NCBI GenBank assembly: GCA_965242695.1
Contig: CBDESU010000002.1
Location: 1,184,001 to 1,248,000 of the forward strand
Source of the DNA: Cenarchaeum sp.
Lineage (GTDB): Archaea > Thermoproteota > Nitrososphaeria > Nitrososphaerales > Nitrosopumilaceae
Length of the DNA: 64,000 bases
Direction of reading: 5' to 3'
Below are positions 38,160 through 53,381 of this stretch, one piece after another. The notes below the pieces were generated by a model. That model was not told the origin of the DNA. It made no database searches and was given only the letters and a program-made list of their open reading frames with translations. The translations under genes were made by a program, and so were the position numbers. The first letter of the stretch is position 1; every line of letters starts with the position of its first letter.

Positions 38160-38657
38160 TCCGCTCCCTTTTGGGGAGGGCGGGCGCGGGCGCAGTGTCC
38201 GTGTTGGCGGATGTGGAGCCACCGCCGCCGATATCTGCCAGCCTGCGGGCGGTCTGGAGCTGGGGCGCATGACGGGGGCTTGCACGCCTGCATCATGGGC
38301 CGGACGGTCAACCGCTCGCACATTGCCCGATATCTGGCCGCTGCCGGTCCACGCATGCGGTGTAGCGGCAACCCGATGCGCGGCCCGAACTGCCCTCGGG
38401 TCCCACACACGGCCCTGCGCACGGCCGACGGTTGCGCCCCGCCGTTCGACATGCGCGCCCCGTCGCGCATGCCGCTTGCGGGCCGGCCGACTAGGCCGCG
38501 GGGCCCGTGTCGGGTGCGCCGCCGTAGCGGAGGGCCTGCCGCCGGACGTGCGCGCAGCGATTGGGGGCGCAGGCGTTGCCGCCCGGCGCCGGTTGCGCCT
38601 AGCCGCCGTTGGCGGCCGCCCGACGAAGTTATAGGCAGGTGCGCGGCCGCCGCCGGC

Positions 38658-42086
<3,429 letters not shown>

Positions 42087-42668
42087 TTCTCGTGCTGGCC
42101 GTGGGGTTTAGACACTTCCAATTTTCCAACCCACACGTCACCGGCGTCCGCTCTTTACATCCGCGGCGGCTTTGGCCTAGTCGTAAAAATGTCACCGTGA
42201 ATGCGTGGCTAACGAAGCGCACCTATGAAAAAATTGGGGCGGGGCGGGGCGGAGTTGAGAGAAGACAGGGATGTCTCACTACCGCCTGCCCTCTCCCGTC
42301 GTGACATCTGACGGCCCTGGCCCGCCTCTTCAGGAGGGCCACAGAGACCAATAGATGTTGCCAAACCCCCTCCCCTGTCTACCTGGCGCCCGCGGGACAG
42401 TGTGCACCGTAGATGGATGCAGAGCAACTCCGCCGCGTACCCTGCACCGATGCCGATCGCTCCATGCTGTGCCCTGCTGCACCGCAAGGCTGATGCTTGC
42501 AGGGGCTATAGAAGGGCGGCATGCCAAGCCATTACCTGCCCACATGACCCGCATCTACACCTACAGTCCGTGCACCCTTGGGGAGGGGGGGAGGAATCAC
42601 CTAAACTCGCGGCACGACCACATGGCTGGGCCGGAAGGTATTAATACCCATGCTTGAGCGGCACGGGC

Positions 42669-45600
42669 ATGGCGGGTCAAATGTTGTTGCTACTGGCCAT
42701 TGTAGCCATGGCTTTGGCCACGTTCCCAGCCGTGTTGACAGGGGCCAACTGGAATGTGGCGCATGCCGAGATCGGCTCTGCAACTGATGCCCCGAAGCCG
42801 GGCACCGTCGTAGTTGCCGATACCGCCGACGATCGCGTTCGCGTATTCCACCCGGGTGGTGCCCATGCCTTTGACTTGGGCTCACGCGGCACCAGTGCAG
42901 GCGAGTTCACGGCGCCAGAGGGCGTGACGATAAGCGCTGGCGGCCTGATCGCCGTCGCAGACACCGGCAACCACCGCATCCAGGTATTCCATCCGAACGG
43001 CACTTTCGCCCACGCCTTCGGATCGTACGGCACCGCCGTTGGACAGTTTGTGAGCCCCGCGGCCGTGCATTCTCGCCGCAGGGAGATCTGATCGCCGTCG
43101 CCGACACGGGAAACCACCGTGTCTACATTTTCCATGTCGACGGCACCCCCGCCTTTGTGTTCGGATCGCAGGGCATCGCCGCCGGCGAGTTTTCGACGCC
43201 GAAGGGCGTGGCAATCACGCGCGACCGCCTGATCGTCGTAGCCGACACCGGCAACGACCGCATCCAAGTGCTGGAACCCGACGGCACGCCCGTATTCGAG
43301 TTTGGATCCCGCGGCAGTACCAATGGGCACTTTGCTGCCCCGCATTCGGTCGACTTGAGCAGGGCTGGTGATCGGATCGTCGTAGCCGACACCGGCAACC
43401 ACCGCATTCAGGTATTCGACTATGTCGGGCGCGGGGAGCGCGATCAGAGTGTTGAATTTTTATTCACCGTGGGATCGTTTGGTGTCGGGAACGGGCAGTT
43501 TGCAAGCCCCGCGGCGGTTGCTTTAGACACGGCAGGCGAGCAGATCATCGTCGCCGACACTGGCAATAAGCGTGTCCAGTTACTAGACGGCTTCGCAGGT
43601 GGGTTTATTGGCGAGTTTGGTGGACTGGGCGCCGCAAGCGGGCAGATTGCCTACATGAAGTTTCCCTCGTTTGCAACGCCTGCGCCCCCGCCGTCGCATG
43701 CGTTCCATGTTGAGCATGGCGGCGCCGTGGGCGGCGCCGTGGGCGGCGCCGTGGGCGGCGAGGGGCCGCACGCCACCCTGCCTGCTAGCGTAGGCCTACT
43801 TGACAAGTTCGCCGTGGCCGACCCTGGCAACAAACAAGTCCACATATTCAACGCCAGTGGTTCCATTGTGTCTAGTATCGTGTTGGGGCACCTCCGCCCC
43901 ACATCGGTTGCATACTCGCCGTCAGGTGACAAGCTCGCCGTGGCCACGGGTGGGAGTAACTATGTCTGGTTACACGACGCGCACAGTGGCGCCTATATCG
44001 GAGGGTTCGGAGGGGCGAGCGGTGAGGACGGCAAATTTCAGCACCTCGCGTCGGTAGCTTGGTCGCCCTCCGGCGACTGGATTGTAGTGGCCGATCGCGG
44101 CAACCACCGCGTCCAACTGTTTTACCCCAACGGAGACTTCGCCGGCAAGTTCGGATCGTATGGAAGTGGCGACGGACAGTTTAAATTCCCGCGCTATGCA
44201 TCGTACTCCCCCTCCGGCGACAGGATAATCGTGGCACACGATGGCGAACAAGGATCCCAGATCTTTTACCCCAACGGAGAATTCGCCGGCACCCTTGGAT
44301 CGTGGGGTTACGATGACGACAGCGAGTACAATAAGCCGCGTTCAGTGGAGTATTCTCCGGACGGCACCGAGATAGCCATGGCAGACTTCAATCACAGCGT
44401 CAAGGTCGTCAGCGCCTATGGTGCATTTATCGACAAGTTTGGAGCAGAGGACGGCGGTGCGTTGAGCCTCAATGACCCTACCCAAGCGGCATATGACCCA
44501 TCCGGCAAGTGGATCGCTGTGACCGACTCGGGCAATAAGCGCATTGCTATTTTTCATGCTGACGGTACCACTGCAGGCGAGTTTGGGGTGTCGGGTATGC
44601 GGCCTGGGCAGTTCAACGAGCCGCTGTCCATTGCGTTCGCGCCGCCACTGCCGCCGGATGCGCCGCCGTCCGGCATGATCGCCGTCGCAGACACCGGCAA
44701 CGACCGCGTGCAGGTGCTTCTGCCCGACGGCACGTTCGCAGGCAAGTTCGGATCCCACGGTAACGGCGACGGGCAGTTCGACGCCCCCCGATCCGCCGCA
44801 TACTCCCCCGACGGCGCCCGGCTCGCAGTCGCCGACGCCGGCAACGACCGTGTGCAGGTACTGTACGCAAACGGCACGCTGGACCGCAAGTTCGGATCCC
44901 ACGGCAGCGGCTACGGGCAGTTCGACGGCCCCAGCTCCGCGGCCTACTCCCCGCTGGGCGACCGCATCGCAGTCGCAGACACCGGCAACGACCGCGTGCA
45001 GGTGCTTCTGCCGGACGGCACCTTCTCCGCCCAGTTCGGATCCCACGGCGACGCCACAGGACAGTTTGACAACCCGCGGTCCGTCGCATACTCTCCGTCC
45101 GGCTACCGCATCGCCGTCGCCGACAGCGGCAACGACCGCGTGCAGGCATTCGATGCCGACGACGGCACGCCTGTCTTGGTGTTTGGATCCCACGGCTCCG
45201 CCCCCGGGCAGTTTGATGATCCCGTATCCGTCGCATATTCACCGTCCGGCGACCGGATCGCCGTCGCCGACGCCGGCAACGACCGCGTGCAGGTGTTCCA
45301 CGCCACAAACGGCACGCCCGCCCTCCAGTTCGGTTCGCGCGGCACCGGAGACGGGGAGTTTGTGTCCCCGACGGCGGCGGCCTTTTCGTCCGGCGACCGG
45401 ATCGCAGTGTCCGATCAAAGCGGCCGCATCCAGGTGTTCCACGCCGCAAACGGCACCTTTGCATTCAAGGTAGGCTCGGAGGGGCTTGGCAACGGGCAGT
45501 TCGACAGCCCCGGATCCGTCGCATTCTCGCCCCCTCCCCCGCCGCCCTTGCCTTCAGCCGCGGTGCGGCCCGGCACGTTTGTTGTAGCCGACGCCGCCAA

Positions 45601-48600
45601 TGACCGCATCCTGGTCTTCCGCGCCGACGGCTCACTCTCCGGCATGTTCGGAACGCACGGCGACGGCGCAGGCGAGTTCATGGCCCCCAGGTCAGTCGCC
45701 TACTCCCCCGACGGCTCCCTGATCGCCGTCGCCGACGCCGGCGGCGGCGACCGCGTGCAGCTGTTCTACGCCAACGGCACCTTTGTGTCAAAGTTCGGCA
45801 CGAACGGCACCGCCGACGGCGAGTTCCGCGGTATCATACACGTCGCATGGTCGCCCGACGGCGCCTTGATCGCCGCCGCCGACGCCGGCAACCACCGCGT
45901 GCAGGTGTTCTACGCCGCCAACGGCTCGCTCGCCCTAAAGTTCGGCACGAACGGCACCGCCGACGGCGAGTTCGACGTCGTCCGCTCGGTCGCCTACTCG
46001 CCGTCCGGCGACCGGATCGCCGTGGCCGACCAGTTCAACCACCGCATCCAGGTGTTCAACGCCGACGGCGACTTTCTCTTCAAGTTCGGCGGGCTGGGGG
46101 GCGGCATAGAGCAGCTCCACCGCCCGCAGTCCGTCGCCTACTCGCCGTCCGGCGACCGGATGGCCGTGGCCGAGCGCTACAACCACCGCGTGCAGGTGTT
46201 CAACGCCGACGGCACGTTCGTCTCCAAGTTCGGCGAGCGGGGCAGCGGCACGGGCGAGTTCATCCGCCCCCACTCCGTCGCATGGTCGCCCGACGGCTCC
46301 CGCCTCGCCGTGTCCGAGCAGTTCAACAAGCGCGTCCAGATATTCGATGCGGACACCGGCGACTTTGTCCTGATGGTCGACTCGATACAGGGCATCGACA
46401 GCGGCCGGTTTGGAAACGCGGCCTCTGTCGCGTTTGCCACGCTGCCGCCGTCGGGGGATCCGGAGCCCCGCCTCCTCCTGCCCGGCATGCTTGCCGTTGC
46501 CGACCCGCCGGCCAACCACGTCGGGGTCTTTTACGCCAACGCCACCCATGCCTTCGACCTTGGGGCTGGAGGCGGCGAAGCCGGCGGGAACCTTTCCCGC
46601 CCGCAGGCTGCCGCCTATTCCCCGGCAGGCGGCCTGATCGCCGCGTCCGACACCGACAGCCACCGCATCAAGCTGTTCAACGCCACGACCGGCGGCCTTG
46701 CCTACGCGATCGGCTCGCCAGGCAACGGCAGCGGACAGCTCGCATACCCGGGCCACATCGTCTGGTCGCCCGACGGCTCCCGCATCGCAGTGTTCGACTC
46801 GGGCAACAACCGTACCCAGGTGCTTGATGCGACAAGCGGCGCCTATGTGCTCGAGCTCGGGACGGCCGGCCACGCCGCCTACTCGCCCGACGGCTCGCTG
46901 ATCGCCGTGTCCGACCGCCGCGGCGACCTCGTCCGGGTGTTCAACGCCACGAGCGGCGACACTGTGCTCGAGTTCGGCTTGCCCGGCAGCGGCAGCGGCC
47001 AGCTCGACAGCCCCCGCGGCGTCGCATACTCACCGGCCGGAAGCAGCCGCATCGCCGTCGCCGACGCAGGCAACGACCGCATCCAGGTCTTTGACGCAGC
47101 CAGCGGCGCCTTCCTGTTCGCGTTCGGCTCGCCCGGCAGCGGCAGCGGCCAGCTCGACAACCCCCGCGGCGTCGCATACTCGCCCGACGGCGCCCGCATC
47201 GCAGTCGCCGACCGCGACAACGGCCGGGTGCAGGTGTTCCGCTCCGACGGCACCTTTGTGGGCGCGATTGACCCCGAGGGCGCCGCCGGATTCGCCGTCC
47301 CAAAGTCCGTCTCGTTTGCGCCGCCGCCGGCCGCCCCGATGCCGGAGCCGCTGCCGTTGCCGCCGCAGCCTGCGCTGCAGGGCATGCTCGCCGTCGCCGA
47401 CTCCGCCAGCGACCGCATCCGGGTGTTCGCCGCCAACGGAACCGAGGCCTTTTCGCTTGGCGAACGGGGCAGCGGAGCGGGGCTGTTCAAGCATCCCTGG
47501 GCAGTGTCCTACTCGCCCAATGGCAGCCAGATCGCCGTCGCCGACGCGCACAACAACCGCATTCAGGTCCTTGATGCCGCAGACGACGACGACGGCGCCG
47601 CCCCGACCTTTGCCTTCAAGTTCGGATCGCGCGGCGATGCGGCCGGGCAGTTCAAGAGCCCGCGCAGCGCCGCCTACTCGCCCGACGGCGACCGGATTGC
47701 AGTCGCCGACGCCCGCAACCACCGCGTGCAGGTGTTCAGCGTCGACGCCGCCTCTGCCGCCTATGCGCTCGAGTTCGGGGCGTACGGCGACGCGGCCGGG
47801 CAGTTCAACCAGCCCTGGGCGGTGGCCTACTCGCCCGACGGCGCCCGGCTCGCCGTCGCCGACACAGACAACCACCGCATCCAGGTGTTCGGCATCAACG
47901 CCGACGACGGCACCCCTGCCTTCGCATTCGAGTTCGGGGCGTACGGCGACGCGGCCGGGCAGTTCAACCAGCCCTGGGCGGTGGCCTACTCGCCCGACGG
48001 CGCCAGGATTGCGGTCGCCGACAAGAACAACAACCGCATCCAGGTGTTCAGCATCGACCTTGACGACGACGGCGGCGGCGCCGCCACGCCCGCCCTCGAG
48101 TTCGGGGCGTACGGCGACGCGGCCGGGCAGTTCAAGAGCCCCCAGTCCATCGCATACTCGACGGACGGCGAGTGGATCGCCGTCGCAGACCCCCGAAACT
48201 ACCGCATCCAGGTCTTTTATGCCAACGGCACCTTTGCCGGCGCGATCGGCGCGCCGGGCGACGGGCAGTTCAAGCCCCGGGGCGTGGCCTTTGCCCCGCC
48301 CCCGCCCCCGCTGCCGCCGGGCGCGATCGCCGTGGCCGAGCGCGGCGCGCACCAGGTCCAGGTGTTCCATCCCAACGGCACCTTCAACTTCGCGTTCGGA
48401 CAAGAGGGCGACGCCGACGGATCGTTCAACCAGCCCGTCTCGGCCGCCTTTGCCCCCGACGGCACTGCGATCGCCGTCGCCGACATGCACAACCACCGCG
48501 TGCAGGTCTTTGCCCCCGACGGCGACTTTGCCTTCAAGGTGGGCGGGCTGTCCCCCGGAAACGGCGACCAACAGTTCCACTACCCGGCCAGCGTCGCGTA

Positions 48601-50107
48601 CTCGCCTGACGGCGCCCGGATCGCAGTCGCCGACTCCAACAACGACCGCGTGCAGGTGCTCGACGCGGCGGACGGCGCTCTTGTCGACACGTTCACCAGC
48701 TCGTTCGACACCCCCCGCTCCGCCGAGTACTCGCCCGACGGCACTAGGATCGCCGTCGCCGATGCGTTCAACCACCGCGTGCAGGTGCTCGACGCGGCGA
48801 CCGGCGCCAACATCGCCACGTACGGCAGCCGCGAGAATTTCGGTAGCGGCACCGGACAGTTCCAAAGCCCCAAGCACGCGGCCTGGTCGCCCGAAGGCGG
48901 CGCCCTGCTCGCCGTAGTCGACCGCGACAACGACCGCATCAGGGTGATCAACGCGGCGACCGGCGCCCTCGTAGCCACGTTTGGATCAGTGGGCTCTGCC
49001 CCGGGCCAGTTCGACAACCCGACCGGCGCCGCCTACTCGCCCGGCGGCGCCCTGCTCGCCGTCGCCGACCTGCTCAACAACCGCGTGCAGGTGCTCGACG
49101 CGGCGACCGGCGCCGCCTCTGGCGTGCTCGGACCGGACGGCCTGCTCCCGGGCCAGTTCGACAGGCCCGCATCCGTGGCCTTTGTCACGCCGCCCCCGAC
49201 CGTCCATATCGCAGTCGCCGACACCGACAACCACCGCATCCAGGTCTTCGATGCCTCGACCGGCGATCACCTGTTTACGTTCGGGCAGGAGGGCCGCACC
49301 GGCAACGGATCGTTCTACCACCCGTACGGCATGTCCTACTCGCCCGACGGCGCCCGGATCGCCGTCGCCGACTGGAGCAACAATCGCATCCAGGTCTTTG
49401 ATGCCTCGACCGGCAACTACCTGCTCAAGTTTGGCAGGTTTGGCAGCATCGACAACGGGACGTTCTACGGCCCGGCCTCCGTGGCCTGGTCGCCAGACGA
49501 CGGCGCCCGGATCGCCGTCGCCGACACGTTCAACAACCGCATCCAGGTCTTTGATGCCTCGACCGGCGGCCACCTGTTCACGTTCGGGCGGGAAAGAAGC
49601 GCCGCCAACGGATCATTCTCCAGTCCGTACGGCATCGCCTACTCGCCCGACGGCGCCCGGCTCGCCGTCGCCGACACCCACAACCACCGCATCCAGGTAT
49701 TCGATGCCGCCACCGGCGACTACCTGTTCAAGTTCGGCCAGCGGGGCTACCCCGCCAACGGATCGTTCTCGTACCCGTCCTCCGTGTCCTACTCGCCCGA
49801 CGGCGACAGAATCGCCGTCGGCGACACGTTCAACCACCGCATCCAGGTCTTCGATGCCGCCACCGGCGACTACCTGTTCAAGTCTGGGCAGAAGGGCCGC
49901 ACCGCCGACGGATCGTTCCGCTTTACGTACACCGCGGCCTACTCGCCCGACGGCGCGAGCATCGCCGTGACGGACACCCGCAACCACCGCATCCAGATAC
50001 TCGATGCCGAAACCGGCGACTTTGCGTCCAAGTTCGGACGGGAGGGCCGCACCGCCGACGGGTCGTTCTACAACCCCTACGCCGTGGCCTACTCTCCGCT
50101 GCCATAG
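42669..50107 (+). pseudogene. Giant NHL-repeat exported protein (about 2480 aa, about eight propellers) interrupted by a 1-bp frameshift near 43067 (real lesion or sequencing error)
   Basis: Track ORFs 42654..43091 and 43157..50107 join if a G is added in GCCGTG^CATTCTCG, giving AVAFSPQGDLIAVADTGNHR; signal peptide MAGQMLLLLAIVAMALA; TATTAATA upstream. Confidence 0.82.
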
Positions 50108-50358
50108 CCTGCGCCTGTCGCGTGCGTGCGCCGGGACGGTGTCCGATGCCGGCGCCGCAAGGGAGGAGGCTTGGGCTTGCAGATCTGCGCCCGGCTATTG
50201 TGCCGATTGGCCGCCCGGGTCCTGGCCGCCGCTGGCGACCGCCGGGATGGGTTCTGGGCCAGCGGGTATGCGCCCTGCCGAGCAGGCTGCCGCCCCGCCC
50301 ATCCACGATCCCCTCCCCCCTGCATGGGTTATATTCGCGCCCGCCCGCCCTCCCGCCG

Positions 50359-50789
50359 GTGACGGGACGACGGGCCTCTTCAGATACCCAAAGCGGAAGC
50401 TGCGCAAGATGGTAAAGAACGGCGACTATCGGGAGGCGCTAGAGTTCGGCGAGACGATAGAGGCAGAGTTCTCGGCCGACCCCGACTACCTCTTCATCAT
50501 GGGCAGCATCTACTACATACTCGAGAACGGCGACAACGCCCTGCACTACTTTGAGCGCGCCCTGGCGATCAACGGCTCGGACGTCGAGACGCTCGCGCTC
50601 AAGGCGTCCCTGCACTACTCGCGCGGCGAGGCGCCCGAGGCGCGGGCGTGCTGCGAGCGCGCGCTGGACGTGGACCCCGACCACATGGCCTCGCGCGACA
50701 TGCTACGCGACCTGGACGAGGTCGACGAGGCGCTCGCGGAGCAGAGGGCGGAAGGGGACGGCGAAGGATCCGCCGGCCCGGCCGCCTAG
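50359..50789 (+). CDS. Tetratricopeptide repeat protein (start codon anomalous)
   Basis: GLFRYPKRKLRKMVKNGDYREAL; YLFIMGSIYY..ALHYFERALAIN..; CCERALDVDP. Confidence 0.78.
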
Positions 50790-51280
50790 CCCCGACAGGG
50801 CTCGCCGCCCATCTCGTACACCCGCTCGAACAGCCACTCGCACAGCTCGGCGACCGGCCCCGTGATCTCGCACCACACGTGCAGCGAGTGCGGCAGTATG
50901 TCTATGCGCCCGCCCCCGCCCTCTAGGTGCACCTTGACGCCCTCCTTGTCCTCGTACATGTAGGCGTCCTCGGTGCGGCAGCCTGCGAGCAGCCCTTCCG
51001 CCTTGGCCTTTACCTCGCCCCTGTCGACGGGGAACCTCTTGCGCTGCATGTCCATTATGATGCTCAGGTCGCGCCTGCCGTACATGCCAAACTCCTGTAT
51101 CCGCCCCTCCTTTGGAAAGTTGACGACGAGCTTCACGCCGTGCCTGGCGCCGACCTCTGCGCCGACCTCGGTTATCCGCCGGTACCCCGCGCCGGGGTCG
51201 CGCCGCACGAGCAGCATGATCCTGGCCATGTCCGAGCGCAGGGCCGCCTGCAGGTCGGACAGCATGGCCGCAAATCCCAC
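50786..51280 (-). CDS. Conserved hypothetical protein
   Basis: VNFPKEGRIQEFGMYGRRDLSII, DAYMYEDKEGVK, RIDILPHSLHVWC; coding-like codon usage. Confidence 0.75.
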   Translation of the reverse strand: MGFAAMLSDLQAALRSDMARIMLLVRRDPGAGYRRITEVGAEVGARHGVKLVVNFPKEGRIQEFGMYGRRDLSIIMDMQRKRFPVDRGEVKAKAEGLLAGCRTEDAYMYEDKEGVKVHLEGGGGRIDILPHSLHVWCEITGPVAELCEWLFERVYEMGGEPCRG

Positions 51281-51318
51281 GCGAGGGCTTTTAGAGGGGC
51301 GCCAAATATGGCTTTCCC

Positions 51319-51963
51319 ATGGCGATGCCGATGGAGACGGGCGTGCCCGACGAGTCCGAGAGGACCGACGACGTGGGCAGCTACAAGGCGACGTGCGCCG
51401 AGTTCGTCAAGGACATATCGGCCGACTACCTCGCATGGGTCGACTACTACAAGCTGCCCGCCGCCGAGGATGCCCGCCGCCGGGCGGAGATCGACGCGAC
51501 CATCCGCCGGACGAGCGAGTGGATCGCGCGCGTGCCGACGACGATCAAGGCCGTCGATGTCGTCATGAACGACGGCATACAAAAGATGGCCGAGGCCACG
51601 GCCGGCTGGCCGTTCGAGATCGGCGTGTACGTCAACGGCATGTCGGGGTACACGGCGGCCCGGCCCGGCATGGTCGACGTCGCCGTGAGGGCCGCCGGGC
51701 GCGAGGGCCGCGCCGTCCGCCTCGGCTTCCACTTCAAGGACGACCGGTTCCGGCTGGAGTCGACGGGGCCCGCGCGCCTGGTCGAGGAGGGCCTGCCGCT
51801 CGCCGAGTTCAGCCCGATGGATGCGCGGCTGCGCCTGGACGCCTCGGGCTGCTCGGCAGGCGACGTCGTATCGTTCACCGTGACCGTCGAGGAGGTCGGC
51901 GGCGGCGAGGGCGGCGCGGTGACGGACCGGCGGGGCGCCTCTACGATCGTCCATCTAGGGTGA
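51319..51963 (+). CDS. Hypothetical protein
   Basis: Globular-looking composition and G/C third-position bias; no family recognised. Confidence 0.6.
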   Translation: MAMPMETGVPDESERTDDVGSYKATCAEFVKDISADYLAWVDYYKLPAAEDARRRAEIDATIRRTSEWIARVPTTIKAVDVVMNDGIQKMAEATAGWPFEIGVYVNGMSGYTAARPGMVDVAVRAAGREGRAVRLGFHFKDDRFRLESTGPARLVEEGLPLAEFSPMDARLRLDASGCSAGDVVSFTVTVEEVGGGEGGAVTDRRGASTIVHLG

Positions 51964-52348
51964 CCTCGAGGGCGACCCTCTTCTCGGACGCCCTGGCCTG
52001 GCCGGGGTACTTTAGGGCCGAGACGGTGGCGGCCAGGCGCTCGTCGTCGACGACGCGCGCCGTGCCCGCGTGCGAGGCGCCGCCGAACGCGACGCCGACC
52101 CTCGGGCTGCGCGCCGCATTCCTGAACCAGTCGCTGTCGGGCCGGTGCCTTGAAAAGTAGATGCGGCCGGCGTGGGCCACGGCGAGCAGCTCGACCGAGT
52201 GCTCGGCGCCCGTCGACCTGCCCGTCGTCGTCAGCACGGCCCTGAACGGGCCGTCGGGGGCGGCCCGGCCGCCCGCGCCGCCGCCTCCCCCCGCCCGCGG
52301 CCCGCCCGCGCCGCCGTCCCACGCCGCGCCCTGCCCCTCCTGCGCCAT
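51941..52348 (-). CDS. Deazaflavin (F420)-dependent nitroreductase family / split-barrel protein
   Basis: LTTTGRSTGAEH, SDWFRNAARSPRV, KY. Confidence 0.75.
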   Translation of the reverse strand: MAQEGQGAAWDGGAGGPRAGGGGGAGGRAAPDGPFRAVLTTTGRSTGAEHSVELLAVAHAGRIYFSRHRPDSDWFRNAARSPRVGVAFGGASHAGTARVVDDERLAATVSALKYPGQARASEKRVALEVTLDGRS

Positions 52349-52437
52349 GCCGCCCCCGCGCGGGGTCAATTATTTCAACCCTCTTGCCAAGTTTTGTAGA
52401 GCTGGGGCATCATGGGGCGCCGGCGGGCGGAGGGGCC

Positions 52438-52890
52438 ATGTCTACAAAGCTAGAGGGCATGAGCCGCAAGATGACGACGGCCGACGACTTTACCGGCAAG
52501 AAGGCCGTGGATCGCGAGGGGATCAACTTTGGGCGGGTCAAGCACATACACATCAACCCCGACACGCTGGCCGTCTCGGGCGTGACCATCCACCAGGGGT
52601 TCCGCAAGGACTACTTCCTGCCCGAGACGTTCATCGAAAAGTTCACCGACGAGACGCTGCTGCTCAGCACGCAGCCCGTGCGCCGCGCCGTGGGCGTCAT
52701 CGACATCGACGGGCACGCGATCGGACGGGTCAAGAAGCTCAACCGCAACCCGACGACGAACGAGCTAGAGTCGATCACGATCTCGTGCGGCCTGCTCAGG
52801 ACCAAGATCGTCTCGGTCAGCGAGATATCGGGGATCGGCGACAAGATCATCCTCAAGATGAAGAGGGACGAGTTCAAGGCGCTGCCCTAG
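52438..52890 (+). CDS. Tandem PRC-barrel domain protein
   Basis: DFTGKKAVDREGINFGRVKHI; GVIDIDGHAIGRVKKL; ISGIGDKIIL. Confidence 0.82.
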   Translation: MSTKLEGMSRKMTTADDFTGKKAVDREGINFGRVKHIHINPDTLAVSGVTIHQGFRKDYFLPETFIEKFTDETLLLSTQPVRRAVGVIDIDGHAIGRVKKLNRNPTTNELESITISCGLLRTKIVSVSEISGIGDKIILKMKRDEFKALP

Positions 52891-53090
52891 ATGTCCCTCC
52901 GCCCCCTGTTTTTTCCCGCGCCTGCCCGCCGCGCCGCGCCGCGCGGGGACGAGGGGAGGAAGAAGTGGCGCAGGGGCGACGGTCGTCCGCCGCCCCGCCT
53001 GCGGGCGGGCGCCGCCTCCGGGGCGGCTAGGCGGCGGCGCCCGCGGGGGCGGGGGAGGGGGGGGGGGGGCTGGCGCCCGCGGCAGCCCGA

Positions 53091-53195
53091 TCAGCGGCCG
53101 CCCTTGGCCGTGGCGCACGCGCCGCACACTGCGACGCCGTCGACGACCGAGACTACCAAGTTGGACGAGTTGCACGAATGACAAAGACCCTTCAT
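53091..53195 (-). CDS. CxxC-CxxC zinc-ribbon microprotein (34 aa)
   Basis: MKGLCHSCNSSNLVVSVVDGVAVCGACATAKGGR; TTTAA about 25 nt upstream on the minus strand. Confidence 0.7.
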   Translation of the reverse strand: MKGLCHSCNSSNLVVSVVDGVAVCGACATAKGGR

Positions 53196-53353
53196 GGCCC
53201 CGCGCCGCGCCCGCGTCGTTAAATCTCTTGCCGGCTGCCTCCCGCCCGCGGGCGCCCGCCCGGCCGCATGGGCGGGGGGAGCGGCGCCGGCGCCGCCCCG
53301 CCCGCGCCCGCCAGCCCGGCCGCGTGTGCGATAAAGTTGACAAGAACGTCTAC

Positions 53354-53378
53354 AAATACTGACAAGCCCCCAGTATTT
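53354..53378. promoter_or_regulatory. Inverted repeat AAATACTG-N9-CAGTATTT immediately upstream of the NHL/HYR gene
   Basis: Perfect 8-bp AT-rich arms in GC-rich DNA. Confidence 0.5.
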
Positions 53379-53381
53379 CCG

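Noticed and set aside
42090-42640. IS element remnant between the NHL genes
   Set aside because: Lower GC, but no terminal inverted repeats or transposase motifs recognised
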